The notes under the pieces are model-generated. The model did not search any database, had not been told where the DNA came from, and saw only the letters and a list, made by a program, of their open reading frames with translations. A stretch of DNA of 34,904 nucleotides from Octopus bimaculoides (lineage: Eukaryota), in the NCBI RefSeq assembly GCF_001194135.2, contig NC_068986.1, positions 40,008,427 to 40,043,330 of the forward strand, given 5' to 3'. The translations under genes were made by a program, and so were the position numbers. Below are positions 22,786 to 33,925 of the stretch, one piece after another (position 1 is the stretch's first letter; the number at the start of each line of letters is the position of its first letter).

Positions 22786-24231
22786 TAGGATGGAGCGAAA
22801 AAGGTACTTTTCACACAGATTTTCGAAATAGGTTTTCAAGAATATATTTTTTATTGCAAAATCCCTTAAAAACAACTGTGTTAAAATCTGAAGTTCTTAT
22901 TTTTAATACTAGATCACCGAATATATGCGTTACAAGAGGTCTAGATTGCACACACATTAAAATAAATTAAACAAATTGTCAAGATTGTAGTAGAAAAGAT
23001 AATTCTTCTTTAGCAAAAGGCATTCATCCCTTGTGTTACGATTGAGTCAGTTAAACCGAATATCTTAAACTTTACTTTGCTTGTGTAGAAGGGCGACTGT
23101 GATCTGACTGATTCTTTCTAATCAACCTCTGAACGTTCTATTTGGATAATGCTTGATCTATTCCGCCAATGATCATTTTTCGATTTGTTCGTTAATCCTG
23201 TAAAAAAATCTTGTTCTCTCTGTGGTACTTTTTTGCCTCAACTACAGCTGCAGTTTTTAAAGGAGTTGCACTTGCAAAAGGAAATGTCAAATAAATCTTT
23301 TGTTGCTTTGTTTTTAAACACATTACACTTTGTTTGAAATGATGGCACATTTTTTCCTATTTTTCACAGATTTTAGTAATGGTTGGTACTTTAGATAAAA
23401 GTTTAAGATATTCGGTTTAACTGACTCAGTTGTAACACAAGGGATGGATGCCTTTTGCCAAAGAACAATTATCTTTTCTACTACAATCTTGACCATTTGT
23501 TTAATTGAAAGATCTTTAGCGGTTCGGCAAAAGAGACCGATAGAATAAGTACTAGGCTTACAAAGAATAAGTCCTGGAGTCGATTTGCTTGGCCACAGTC
23601 AAATGACTGAAACAAGTAAAAGAGTAAAAGAGTAACTACATTCCTTTCTTTTTCTCGTTCAAATAAAACACATTTTAGTACGTCCTTGTAAGTTGGCAAA
23701 ACTCAATCGCTATGATCACATGGAATACCAAATATTGAGCATTCAATATCATGATACGTTATCGGTTTACGAGTCAATACTATATTTAACAAGATCATTA
23801 ATTCTAATATAATGGTCTAAAGTCAAGGTACAAAGAAGAAAACTTCACACGCGTATGACGTACGTCCACACGCAACGATCGTTGCAGCGGCACTAGTGAG
23901 AAGTTCACACACACGTTCTTTTATAGCCAATGCGGAACCTGAAGATACTAGTCAATTGTATTGAAACTTGGTATACAACCTCTTAAGGATACTATATTTA
24001 CTGTTTGGCATTCTGCTATGTAGAAATATGTAATCCTTACGACCTTATAATTCATGAAATACAAAATTCGACCCACAATAACGATTTAAAAAAATTTCAA
24101 TTATGTTGCGTAGATTGAAAAAAATATTTAACCGCAAAGTTCGTTATACACCTTTCATTTAACTCTAATCCACAGCAATGTATCGATTCTTGATTACCAA
24201 TTTCGAAAGTTGCATTTTTCGCTCCACCCTA
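22786..24231 (-). mobile_element. Internally deleted hATm-like DNA transposon
   Basis: 17-bp TIRs TAGGATGGAGCGAAAAA (22786-22802) and TTTTTCGCTCCACCCTA (24215-24231), 16/17, plus subterminal tttcgaaat..tcaagaat similarity. Minus-strand transposase N-terminus: CSIFGIP..LPTYKDVLKC..IVVEKIIVLWQKASIP..LFDISFCKC..CSC..KKVPQREQDF..RKMIIGGID. The hATm assignment is from recalled motifs. Confidence 0.8.
23516..23635 (+). mobile_element. SINE family A 3' fragment nested in the hATm-like transposase
   Basis: Matches 34163-34296 and interrupts the minus-strand reading frame. Confidence 0.9.
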
Positions 24232-24265
24232 GTATGTATGTACATGCATACACACACACACAAAC

Positions 24266-24296
<31 letters not shown>

Positions 24297-24338
24297 TGTA
24301 TGTATGTATGTACGTATGTATGTATGTATGTATGTATG
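24232..24338. repeat. (TATG)n microsatellite
   Basis: Direct reading. Confidence 0.96.
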
Positions 24339-24339
24339 T

Positions 24340-24700
24340 CATTTTTCAGTTTATTTCAAGATTTTTTGCCAACAGAGAAAGAACCGGTTTCTAACCTAGA
24401 TCACCTCTGACATCACAGTTTTGTTGATTACCAAAATGGTTGGCACATTTTCAGACTCCCTTCTTCTCAGTTGCTTATTCTGCTGTAATAATGTTATTGG
24501 TTTCACAATGGTCTTGGAGGAAGAAGTTTAAACATGCTGTATATATCTTATACATTAAGTTCTGGCATGCAATCGGCAGGTAGTTTTTTGCCATGTGAGT
24601 GGTTCTGCATTTGGGGATCAATTTTGTCTCTGCCAGAGCTAAGCAGTGTCGTATGCTACTGTTCCCAATGAAAGCTTGCTGGTACAGATTGATAAGATAT
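24340..24700 (-). mobile_element. RLE-type non-LTR retrotransposon: early RT fragment fused to a family-2 3' end
   Basis: ETKLIPK..KNYLPIACQNLMYKIYTACL..LQDHCETNNII..KKGV..LVINKTVMSEV (RT domains 1-2), followed directly by the 3' end seen at 16430-16500. Confidence 0.8.
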
Positions 24701-24873
24701 GATACACATCACACACACACACACACCACACAAGACATGCACCAACATACACACACACACATACACACACACCACACAAATACACACCACACACACGCAC
24801 ACACATACATACGCACACGCCACACACGCGCAAAATTTCTTTCAAAATGAAATCTTTATCACTTTATACTTGT

Positions 24874-24963
24874 TATGAGTTGTCCTAGATATCAATTGTC
24901 CAAGTATGAATTGTCTGATATAAGTTGTTCGGGAATGAGATGTCCCGGTATCAGTTGGCCTAG
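24874..24963. repeat. Degenerate ~15-bp tandem repeat x6 (TATGAGTTGTCC..)
   Basis: Units tatgagttgtcctag / tatcaattgtccaag / tatgaattgtctga / tataagttgttcggg / aatgagatgtcccgg / tatcagttggcctag. Confidence 0.75.
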
Positions 24964-25214
24964 AACCTTCCAGCTTATCACATCCCAAGGTCAGATTTCG
25001 GAGACAGGACCAGGAAGTGAGTCTAAACTAAAGAAGCACGAGGGCGCTAATGGTCGTGCCCCATCATAGTTATAGCCTCTGCTGAAGCCGACAATAGGAT
25101 AATAGAATATTTTTATCATTTCGCTTACAAATAGTATTTACAAATTTCGTGTTTGCTAATCTTTTTTCTTTTTTTTACCTTGAAACCCTAGCTTTTCGAG
25201 ATATTCTTTTATAC

Positions 25215-25690
25215 ATTTACAAACGTAGCTGTGTGCAACAATAATTATGAGTATAAATGTGAATTTATAACCTGGATACAGAAGTTATAAGTTTCGACGC
25301 AATTGTCTATAAATATTTTCCTTCTCACTGATTTTGAAAGAAATGTTCACATCTGCAAAACAGCTGACCTCTCTGAGTGTACATATTTTTTTTTCTTTTC
25401 CGTCCCAAACAACTATATCAGATCTGTTATATCTGTACATAGCGGGGGAGTAGATAGAAAATGTTCCACCAAAATTCTTTGTGTTGATTTTGTACATATA
25501 TATATTCAATAACAAAGGTATTCTCTATATTTATCCTATGACAGTCTTTCCTACGGATGGCATTGTTTATTGTTTTAGCAACAACATTGTGCCACAGTCG
25601 GAAGTTGTACCTTGACATTTTTCGGCAGCTGTTGGCCACATGTGTAATAGCTTCCGCTGAAATGTGACATAATCTAATGTTTTTCATAGG
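25215..25690 (-). mobile_element. RLE-type non-LTR retrotransposon family 2, zinc knuckle and endonuclease fragment
   Basis: RLCHISAEAITHVANSC..WHNVVAK..KEFWWN..RSDIVVWD..EVSCFADVNISFKISEKENIY..LRRNL; homologous to 20940-21200. Confidence 0.82.
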
Positions 25691-25859
25691 GGTGAGGCTG
25701 CGAAGATTGAAAGGGAAAGAACAAAATACCAGTGTTTTATAAACTTAGGGTGATTTTGAAATTTCTTAAGTTGTCCACCACTATAACCATGAAAGAAGAT
25801 TTCTATAGAGATGCAAACTCTATTTTTGGTTTCTCGTTAATGAGACGGCGAGTTCGTAA

Positions 25860-26720
25860 AATCGTATTCGCGTCGAAGACTAAGTGCTTAGCGGAATTCT
25901 TTCTGGCTCTTTATGTTCTGAGTTTAAATGACGCCGAGATCAACTTTCCCTTTCATTCTTTCGGGATTGATTAAATAAGTATCATTTAAACACTGAGGTT
26001 GATGGTATCGACGTACCTTTCTTTAAAATTACTGCCTTTGTGCCGGAATTAGAAAGCATTTAAGGGAGCGAGCAGGCGGAATCGTTACTACGCCAAAGAA
26101 CTTAGTGGTATTTCTTTAGGTATTAGTTTCTGAGTTCAAATGCCACCGAGGTCGACTTTGCCTTTCATCCTTTCGAGGTCGATAAAATAAATATTAGTGA
26201 AGTATAGGGTCGATGTAGTCGACTAACTCCCTCCCACCAAAACTTCAGGCCTTGTGTCTACAGTAGGAAAGCTTAATGAGTGATGGTGAGTTGGCAGAAT
26301 CGTTAGCACGCCGGGTGAAATGCTTAGCGGCATTTCGTCTGCCGCTACGTTCTGAGTTCTAATTCCCCCGAGGTCGACTTTGCCTTTCATCCTTTCGGGG
26401 TCGATTAAATAAGTACCAGTTACGCACTGGAGTCGATATAATCGACTTTATCCGTTTGTCTGTCCTTGTTTGTCCCCTCTGCGTGTAGCCCCTTGTGGGC
26501 AGTAAAGAAATAAGAATCGTTAGCACGTCGGACGAAAATACTTAGTGACATTTCTTGAAACTCTTTATGTTCTGAGCTCAAATTCCGCCGAGGTCAACTT
26601 AGCATTTTATCGTTTCGAGGTTGGTAAAAATAAGTACTAGTCAAGTAATGAGGTCGATGTAGTCAACTTACCCTTTACCCTTAAAATTACTGGCCTTGTG
26701 CCAAAATTAGAAAGATTAAA
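25860..26720 (+). mobile_element. Head-to-tail cluster of four SINE family B copies
   Basis: Copies at about 25860-26060, 26063-26276, 26297-26513 and 26283/26514-26720, each with B-box-like and central domains. Confidence 0.88.
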
Positions 26721-27399
26721 TAAAAGGAGCGGAATTTCAATAATAAATTTGGTGTTACCTGGTATTTATCAGCTTCAGAACCGTTGACTTAATCGACATT
26801 TTGGGAGGTTAAGAGCTTCTCTATCATTTTGGTCATTAGAATATTTTAAGCTTTTGCAGTTCAAGCGTAGAAAATAACTGCGAAAGTTTCCACTAATATA
26901 TGTGTGTGAGTGTGTGTGCGATCCCTTCTATTTTTAATTATTTGAAATCTTCCAGTACGGAAGGCGTTGGTTTATGGTTTCTAGCAAAGATACGAATTTT
27001 CATCACTGGGATGTAGATAACGAAAATAAATTCACATTTTCAACTTGAGAAAAATTTTGCATATTTCTATTGTTCTACTCACAGGTTGCATTTGTAATGT
27101 GCGATTTAACTTGTTGATTTCGTTTGCTAAAAACCCCCAGCTTACCCAGATTGTCACTTAAACATCTCACTAAATCAAGTACATCAATTATTATTGATGT
27201 AAATGTGAAATGCATTTTTGAAAGTCATCAGGCCGCCGCTCAGCGTTCGTTCTCTAAAATTCTAAATATTTCCCCAGTCGCTCTATGATCGTTGATAAGG
27301 TTAATAATACTGAAACATGCCCAAAATTGTCACCCTCTTCCGAGTCCTCTATGTCTTAGCCACCGGGCTATCTCAAGCTATTTGACTCACAACTGGAGT

Positions 27400-27520
27400 C
27401 TTTGACATTTAACAGCACCTCCTCGGACCAGAGCGGTCCTGGGAGTAATAGTGACTAAGACATACTCTGCACTCCTCTAAAACTCCTGGACACATGAGCT
27501 GGAGCCTCACCACTGGATGA
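27400..27520 (+). repeat. Degenerate interspersed repeat (unclassified)
   Basis: GC-richer block ggaccagagcggtcctgggagtaat..ctggagcctcaccactggatg, recalled as a mollusc retroelement-type tail. No second copy in the window. Confidence 0.35.
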
Positions 27521-27819
27521 AGTTAAATGGCTTGTCCAGAACAACTTAACTTACACCAATGCTAAAGTTCTTGGTATAAACATGAATGCTATTGAATCTA
27601 TAAGGAAAAGTTGCTGAAACAACGAATAAACGCCAATGCTTTTGCTGCTGCTGCTGCTGCTGTTGTTGTTGTCTAGCCCGAGGTCAGCGCAAAGTCCTTC
27701 CATCAATGACCATCCCATTGAATGTACGTCATGTGTACTTTTTGTTTAAAAAAAACGTCAGTGTGTGGTTAAGGTCTCTAATTGATGGAGTTGTTAAGGC
27801 GTTGGATGATTTGTTCTGT

Positions 27820-27925
27820 TGTAACCGTTCCGGATCTCTGATTTCGAATCCTGTCGATGTCAACTTAGCATTTCATCCTTTTGGATACAATAAATAAAGT
27901 ACCAGTTCTATTCTGGGGATCGACG
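27820..27925 (+). mobile_element. Highly diverged SINE family B fragment
   Basis: ttcgaatcc..gtcaacttagcatttcatcc..aagtaccag..ggggatcgac. Confidence 0.65.
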
Positions 27926-28091
27926 CTTCTCTTTCTCTCACAACTTCTTTCTGTCTGTCTGTCTGTCTGTCTCTCTTTCTGGAAGAACTAGACTGTTGTT
28001 ACACGTAGAGAAAGATGAGTTCCATCAGATCTAAAATTATGGCCAAGACTCGCATATGTCACAACGGTACCTTTTCAACTCCATCAAAGAG

Positions 28092-28466
28092 CATTAGCGT
28101 AGATAGGAGGAGGCGAGGAATTCCCGCTGGCCACGAGTGACGCTTTTATGGGGACGGCACCTTTGGGTTAGCTGTATAAGTTTGTATAGGCTTGATGACC
28201 CGAAAGAAAGCAAACTCAAGGCCTGTTCCGGGTGGCACCCACTGCAGTTCTGTTCCGGGCGGCAAATACTCCTGTTCTGTTCCGGGCGGCACACACTCTT
28301 GCGACACCGCTGACTCATCAAAGAGCAGTAGCGTAGCTAGGCGGGAGCAATGAATCAGCCCCTAGCGACGCTTTTATGAGGACAGCACCTTTGGCTTGAA
28401 GGCCCGGAGCTACCCACAAACTCAAAAGTCTGTTCTGGGCGGCACACACTCTTGCAATGTCAGTTG
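28092..28466 (+). mobile_element. Tandem dimer of the MITE family (28092-28312 and 28326-28466)
   Basis: Each unit starts ca(t/g)tagcgtag(a/c)tagg and ends gggcggcacacactcttgc..tg. Confidence 0.7.
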
Positions 28467-28844
28467 ACACAGAGTTGAGGGTCCAAGACAAAGCAAGCAT
28501 GTAGTTTGAGGGCGATTTAGCTACTATTTCGATTAGGTCGACTGATTGCGTAGTAGCCTCATCGTTGGCTCGGCCAATACTTCTGTATCTTCTTTAGTAC
28601 CTAACTGCTTTGAGATTCACTTCTGCAAGAATCAAGTCTGTCTGTTTTCGTCTTTTACTTTATCCCGTGATCGATAAAATGAGTACCAATAACTGCACTG
28701 GTATTGAAAGAATGGTCTAAAAATCTTCCCTTTTTGCATAATACATAATTGGCCACGCGCCTGAGAATGGAATCAATATATTCACATCCTGAAAATAATT
28801 TTAATATTTCTATCCCCACTCTCCCTTTCTTATCAATCTGTCTC

Positions 28845-28892
<48 letters not shown>

Positions 28893-28902
28893 NNNNNNNN
28901 NN

Positions 28903-28954
<52 letters not shown>

Positions 28955-29105
28955 CTCCTTCACTTTCTGTCTGTTTGTATCTATATCCATCATTCTCCCT
29001 CCCTCCTTCTCTCTCTCTCTATCTCACATACACATACGTATGTACACACATATACACGCACAAACACACACACACACACACACACATACACATACACATA
29101 CGTAA
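28845..29105. repeat. (CT)n with a 10-N gap, then (CA)n
   Basis: Direct reading; N at 28893-28902. Confidence 0.95.
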
Positions 29106-29339
29106 CTACATTACACGCAACAAACTACACGCACACAGAGAGACAGACATGCGCTTGCAACAAGACGGACATGAAGCAAACTCAATGCTATTTTATTACG
29201 TATGATAAACTAGACACCATAGAGCCGAAGGAGAAAAAGATTGAAGAAAAACAAACATTTAAAAACCTATTAATTTATGTGCAAACGCCACACAACCAAT
29301 TTCTTGTGTGGTTTCTGGGTGGGTTCCTTTGTGGTAGTA

Positions 29340-29343
29340 CTGA

Positions 29344-29381
<38 letters not shown>

Positions 29382-29936
29382 TGTGTGTGTGTGTGTATGT
29401 ATGTGTGTGTGTGTGTATGTGTGTGTGTATGTGTGTGTGTGTGTGTGGTGTGGTGTGTGTGTGTGTGTTTACGCATGTATATATATATATGAATGTATGT
29501 GTATGTATTATGTATTTGTGTGTGTATGCATGTATGTACATGTATGTATGTATGTATGTACGTACGTATGTACGTACTTATGTAGGTATATGTGTGTGTA
29601 TGTACATGTGCATTTATGCATGTTATGTTTGTGTGTGTATGTATGTTAGGTATGTTACGCATGTATGTATATACGTAGGTATACATGTATATATATGAGT
29701 GTGTGTGTATGTGTGTATGTGTGTCTATATGTGTGTGTATGTACATATTTTTTACTTGTATGTGTATGTATGCATGCATGCATGCATATTTACATATGTG
29801 TGTATGTATGTAGGTATGTACATATACGTATATATGTATGTGTATATACGAATGAATATGTGTGTATGTGTGAATGAATGTGTATGTATTTATTTATTTA
29901 TATATATATGTGCATATGTATTTATGAATGAATATG

Positions 29937-29980
<44 letters not shown>

Positions 29981-30397
29981 GTNNNNNNNNNNNNNNNNNN
30001 NNNNNNNNNNNNNNNNNNNNNNNNNNNNNNNNNNNNNNNNNNNNNNNNNNNNNNNNNNNNNNNNNNNNNNNNNNNNNNNNNNNNNNNNNNNNNNNNNNNN
30101 NNNNNNNNNNNNNNNNNNNNNNNNNNNNNNNNNNNNNNNNNNNNNNNNNNNNNNNNNNNNNNNNNNNNNNNNNNNNNNNNNNNNNNNNNNNNNNNNNNNN
30201 NNNNNNNNNNNNNNNNNNNNNNNNNNNNNNNNNNNNNNNNNNNNNNNNNNNNNNNNNNNNNNNNNNNNNNNNNNNNNNNNNNNNNNNNNNNNNNNNNNNN
30301 NNNNNNNNNNNNNNNNNNNNNNNNNNNNNNNNNNNNNNNNNNNNNNNNNNNNNNNNNNNNNNNNNNNNNNNNNNNNNNNNNNNNNNNNNNNNNNNNN

Positions 30398-30464
<67 letters not shown>

Positions 30465-30465
30465 G
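29340..30465. repeat. TG/TA-rich low-complexity array with assembly gap 29983-30397
   Basis: Direct reading. Confidence 0.95.
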
Positions 30466-30889
30466 TGTGTAAGTCCATGAATTTGTTTATTTTGCTCTGA
30501 GGAATATATAGTAAATCATTAAAGCAGAGACGGAGCGAGGGAGCGAGAGAGATCAACGAAGAGACTACGAAACTTTGCCGTTGCCAAAAGGAAACAGGCT
30601 GGACCACTCTCAAGCACTAAAAGACACTAAATACTATGAAAGAGAGCGGGAGAGAGAAAGAGAGACAGTGAGTGAGTGAGTGAGTGAGAGATCAGGATAA
30701 AAACAGAAAGGGAAAAAATTCTCTTTAATGTTTCAGCTAATGGCAGTGAAAGGAAAGTTTGTTGGTAGTATAATGCTTAAAGACATTTAATGACAGGGGT
30801 CACTGAGTGTAAAAAAAACAACGCCCTTACTTGTATTGGACACTTATATACGACGTCTGCTGACATCATAACCGATCCTTTGCAAGATT

Positions 30890-30970
30890 TATACAACAAC
30901 AACAACAACAGCAGCAGCACCACCAGCGGTAATAGTAGTAGCAGCAGCAGCGGCAGTAGCAGCTGTAGCA
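30890..30970. repeat. (AAC)n/(AGC)n/(AGT)n compound trinucleotide repeat
   Basis: Direct reading. Confidence 0.9.
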
Positions 30971-30989
30971 CTAAATAATAATAATATCT

Positions 30990-31108
30990 ATTATAGGTAA
31001 AAAGCCTGAAATATTGTAAGCCGATTGCATCGACCTCAGTACGTGAGTGGTACTTATTTTACTGATTTCGAGGGATGAAAGGCTAAGTCGACTTCGGCGG
31101 CATTTGAA
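30990..31108 (-). mobile_element. SINE family B 3' fragment between AAT arrays
   Basis: Reverse complement of the central domain and tail. Confidence 0.75.
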
Positions 31109-31122
31109 TAATAATAATAATA

Positions 31123-31172
<50 letters not shown>

Positions 31173-31173
<1 letters not shown>

Positions 31174-31460
31174 GAGTGAGAGAGCAGTGCATGCCATCAC
31201 AGTGACACTGGGGTAAAATATACGAAACTCAGTATACCCATTATGACTACCCGTCTGATAAGGGTACACCAGGCACATGCATCACAACCATGTGTGTGCG
31301 ACATGGTGATCTCATATCAAGATAAACAGCGCATGACCTTGCAGATGGGGCCCAGTTAGAATTTTCTTCAGGTCGAGTAGCCCATCCCGCTCAAAAGGTC
31401 CCTGAATAAGGTTTGTTTAAGGAAGTTGAGCAAAACACCCATGTTTCCACAGGTGAATTA
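31173..31460 (-). repeat. Unclassified interspersed element ending in (AAT)n on its sense strand
   Basis: GC-richer non-coding block abutting (ATT)n at 31125-31172; probably a retroelement 3' UTR. Single copy in the window. Confidence 0.45.
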
Positions 31461-31464
31461 TATA

Positions 31465-32132
31465 TGGAGAGAATGTGTCAGAAAAATGTAAAGCCTGTGT
31501 AACTTGGAACGAGACAATGGCACACATTGAGGAAGAATACTCTATGTTGACAGAGGAAGATTATAAGAAATGAAGACACGACCAGGTTGTAAAAATGATA
31601 TACCGGAAAATGCCAGAAACGGGGATTTGAAGCTGGAAACACATTATTAATCGAGTCGAAAGAGTACTGGAGTTGGAGAAATGTAAGATTTTGCGGGACT
31701 TTCCTATTCAAACGAACAAGAAATTAAAAAAATAATAGACCAGAAATAACGTTTATAGATAAGGAAAAAGGAAGTTCTTTACTTATCGATCCATCATGCC
31801 CGTTTGATTCCAGGATCGTAAAGAAAGAGGAAGTAAAAATTACAGTCCCTTAAAATTTGAAATAGGAAGAATTTGGAGCATGCGAGTAGTAATGGCCGTG
31901 CCTATAATAATTGGTGCATTGGGAACAGTTAGCTAAGATATAGACATATGGCTGAAGGAGATTGAAATAGAACGCCTGGTAGAGCTCCTACAGAAAGTTT
32001 GTCTCTTGGAGACAGCAAGGATTATCAGGAGGGTTCTAAGCACTTGAAAGACTGCTGAAATCTTGTGGATACCTAAGGTTACAGGTAGTAGCCTGCTATC
32101 CACATAATTCCAACTAGGAATAAGACCGAACA
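31465..32132 (+). mobile_element. RLE-type non-LTR retrotransposon subfamily 1a, 3' portion
   Basis: CKAC...ETMAHI..RHDQVVKMI..KILRDFPIQT..NNRPEI..LLIDPSCPFD..IIIGALGT..LLQKVCLLETARIIRRVLST*. 3' UTR matches 3757-3850. Confidence 0.88.
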
Positions 32133-32201
32133 AGAAGAAGAAGAAGAAGAAGAAGAAGAAGAAGAAGAAGAAGAAGAAGAAGAAGAAGAAGAAGAAGAAG
32201 A
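32133..32201. repeat. (GAA)n microsatellite
   Basis: Perfect run. Confidence 0.98.
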
Positions 32202-33005
32202 AATATATTCGCAGACACGACAGAGTTAGGATCTATATACACGGGAAGCTATGCCAACACTATGGAATAACAACAGAAAAAAGATGGTATAGGCACACGG
32301 CCAGAAAAGGTCACAGAAAATGTGAAAGCAACCATACTATGGGATATGCCAATACACACAGATAGAGAAAATTAAGGCCAATAGGCCGAATACAGTTGTC
32401 AGAGTTACTCTTTTACTCTTTTACTTGTTTCAGTCATTTGACTGCGGCCATGCTGGAGCACCGCCTTTAGTCGAGCAAATCGACCCCAGGACTTATTCTT
32501 TGGAAGCCTAGTACTTATTCTATCGGTCTCTTTTGCCGAACCGCTAAGTTACGGAGACGTAAACATACCAGCATCGGTTGTCAAGCGCTGTTGGAAGGGA
32601 CAAACACAGACACACAAACATATACACATACATACATACATATATATATACATATATACGACGGGCTTCTTTCAGTTTCCATCTACCAAATCCACTCACA
32701 AGGCTTTGGTCGGCCCGAGGCTATAGTAGAAGACACTTGCCCAAGGTGCTACGCAGTGGGACTGAACCCGGAACCATGTGGTTGGTAAGCAAGCTACTTA
32801 CCACACAGCCACTCCTACGCCTTTTCATCAAGAAAAAAAAAAATGCTTTCTAATCGATGTATCAATACCAACAGATGACAACGTTTCCCTAAAAGAAATG
32901 GAGAAACTTTCAAAATACAAAGACCTGGGAATAGAGGTAATTCGAATGTGGAGTCTAAAAACAGAAAAAATTCCTATCATAGTAGGCGCGTTAGATATGA
33001 TAAAA
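32202..33005 (+). mobile_element. RLE-type subfamily 1c fragment split by a SINE
   Basis: 32202-32404 and 32822-33005 are collinear with 5090-5465. Confidence 0.88.
32405..32821 (-). mobile_element. SINE family A, full-length, nested in the RLE element
   Basis: Reverse complement of 33926-34296; tail (aaagagt)n. Confidence 0.93.
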
Positions 33006-33019
33006 ATAATAATAATAAA

Positions 33020-33345
33020 AGGCAAGAAGTTTTGGGGAAGGGGTCAAATTGATTAAATCAACCCCAGTGCTCAACTGGTACTCATTCTATCGGCCCCGAA
33101 AAGATGAAAGGTCAAGTCAATCAAGGCAGAATTTGAACTCCGAACGTAAAGACGAACTAGATGCTTAACAGTATTTCGTCCGTCTTTACCTTTCTGTGAT
33201 CAAATTCCTCTGTGGCCGACTTTGCCTTTCATCTTTTCGGGATTCAATGAAATAAAGTACCAGTTGAACACTAGGATCGGTTACATCGACCTATCCATTC
33301 CCTCGAAGTTGCCGGTCTTTTGCCAAAATTTGAAACTAATATTAT
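33020..33345. mobile_element. Inverted head-to-head pair of SINE family B copies
   Basis: Minus copy ~33020-33157 and plus copy ~33160-33345. Confidence 0.8.
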
Positions 33346-33925
33346 GTTTAGGTGCAGTTGGAATAATTATTTTGTACATTCAGTGTTGTTTTGTAAAAAC
33401 TAAGGCCAGTATAGTATGTTTTGTCTTTTGATAAGCCTCGTGATGATTTTCTTGTGGAAAGACATCGTGTAAACTTTCGATAAGTGCTAATCTATCAAAT
33501 GTGCTCAGATATGCAAAAGCTTGCTTCTTGTAACCTTTCAGCCGTTAAATCCAAGGGATATATAAATCAAGATCATTAATTTTTGTAAGTATTGTGTTTT
33601 TGTTTGAGGGATTTCTTAAATAAATCCTTGTGAGTAGCTTGATAGAGAAATCGATAAAGAATACATCTCGCTTGCCCATAATATTGCAGATTAATAGTCA
33701 CACGCACTATAGAAATAGGAAAGGGCTATATTTTCTATGATGCCACGAGATCTGTTCTATCATAATCTGTTATCTTACGATAAATCTTATATAAATTACA
33801 GCTGGTATTAATATTCCATCATTTTTATACAGGATGGTGACTCGGTTATGATTATGCCTATGACTTGATTAGTATGAACGAGAATTTTTCAAGAATATAT
33901 TTATGTTCTATTCAATATTTACATA

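Noticed and set aside
22971-23500. Stand-alone piggyBac/Kolobok MITE with 103-bp TIRs and TTAA TSD
   Set aside because: The symmetry extends through the TTAA, the repeat is transposase coding sequence, and the true TIRs lie further out.
27180-27201. 9-bp stem tacatcaat/attgatgta as a terminator or miRNA
   Set aside because: Short, AT-rich and expected by chance.
30480-30700. Minus-strand exon after a long pyrimidine tract
   Set aside because: The tract is a (CT)/(CACT) microsatellite; no convincing donor or peptide.
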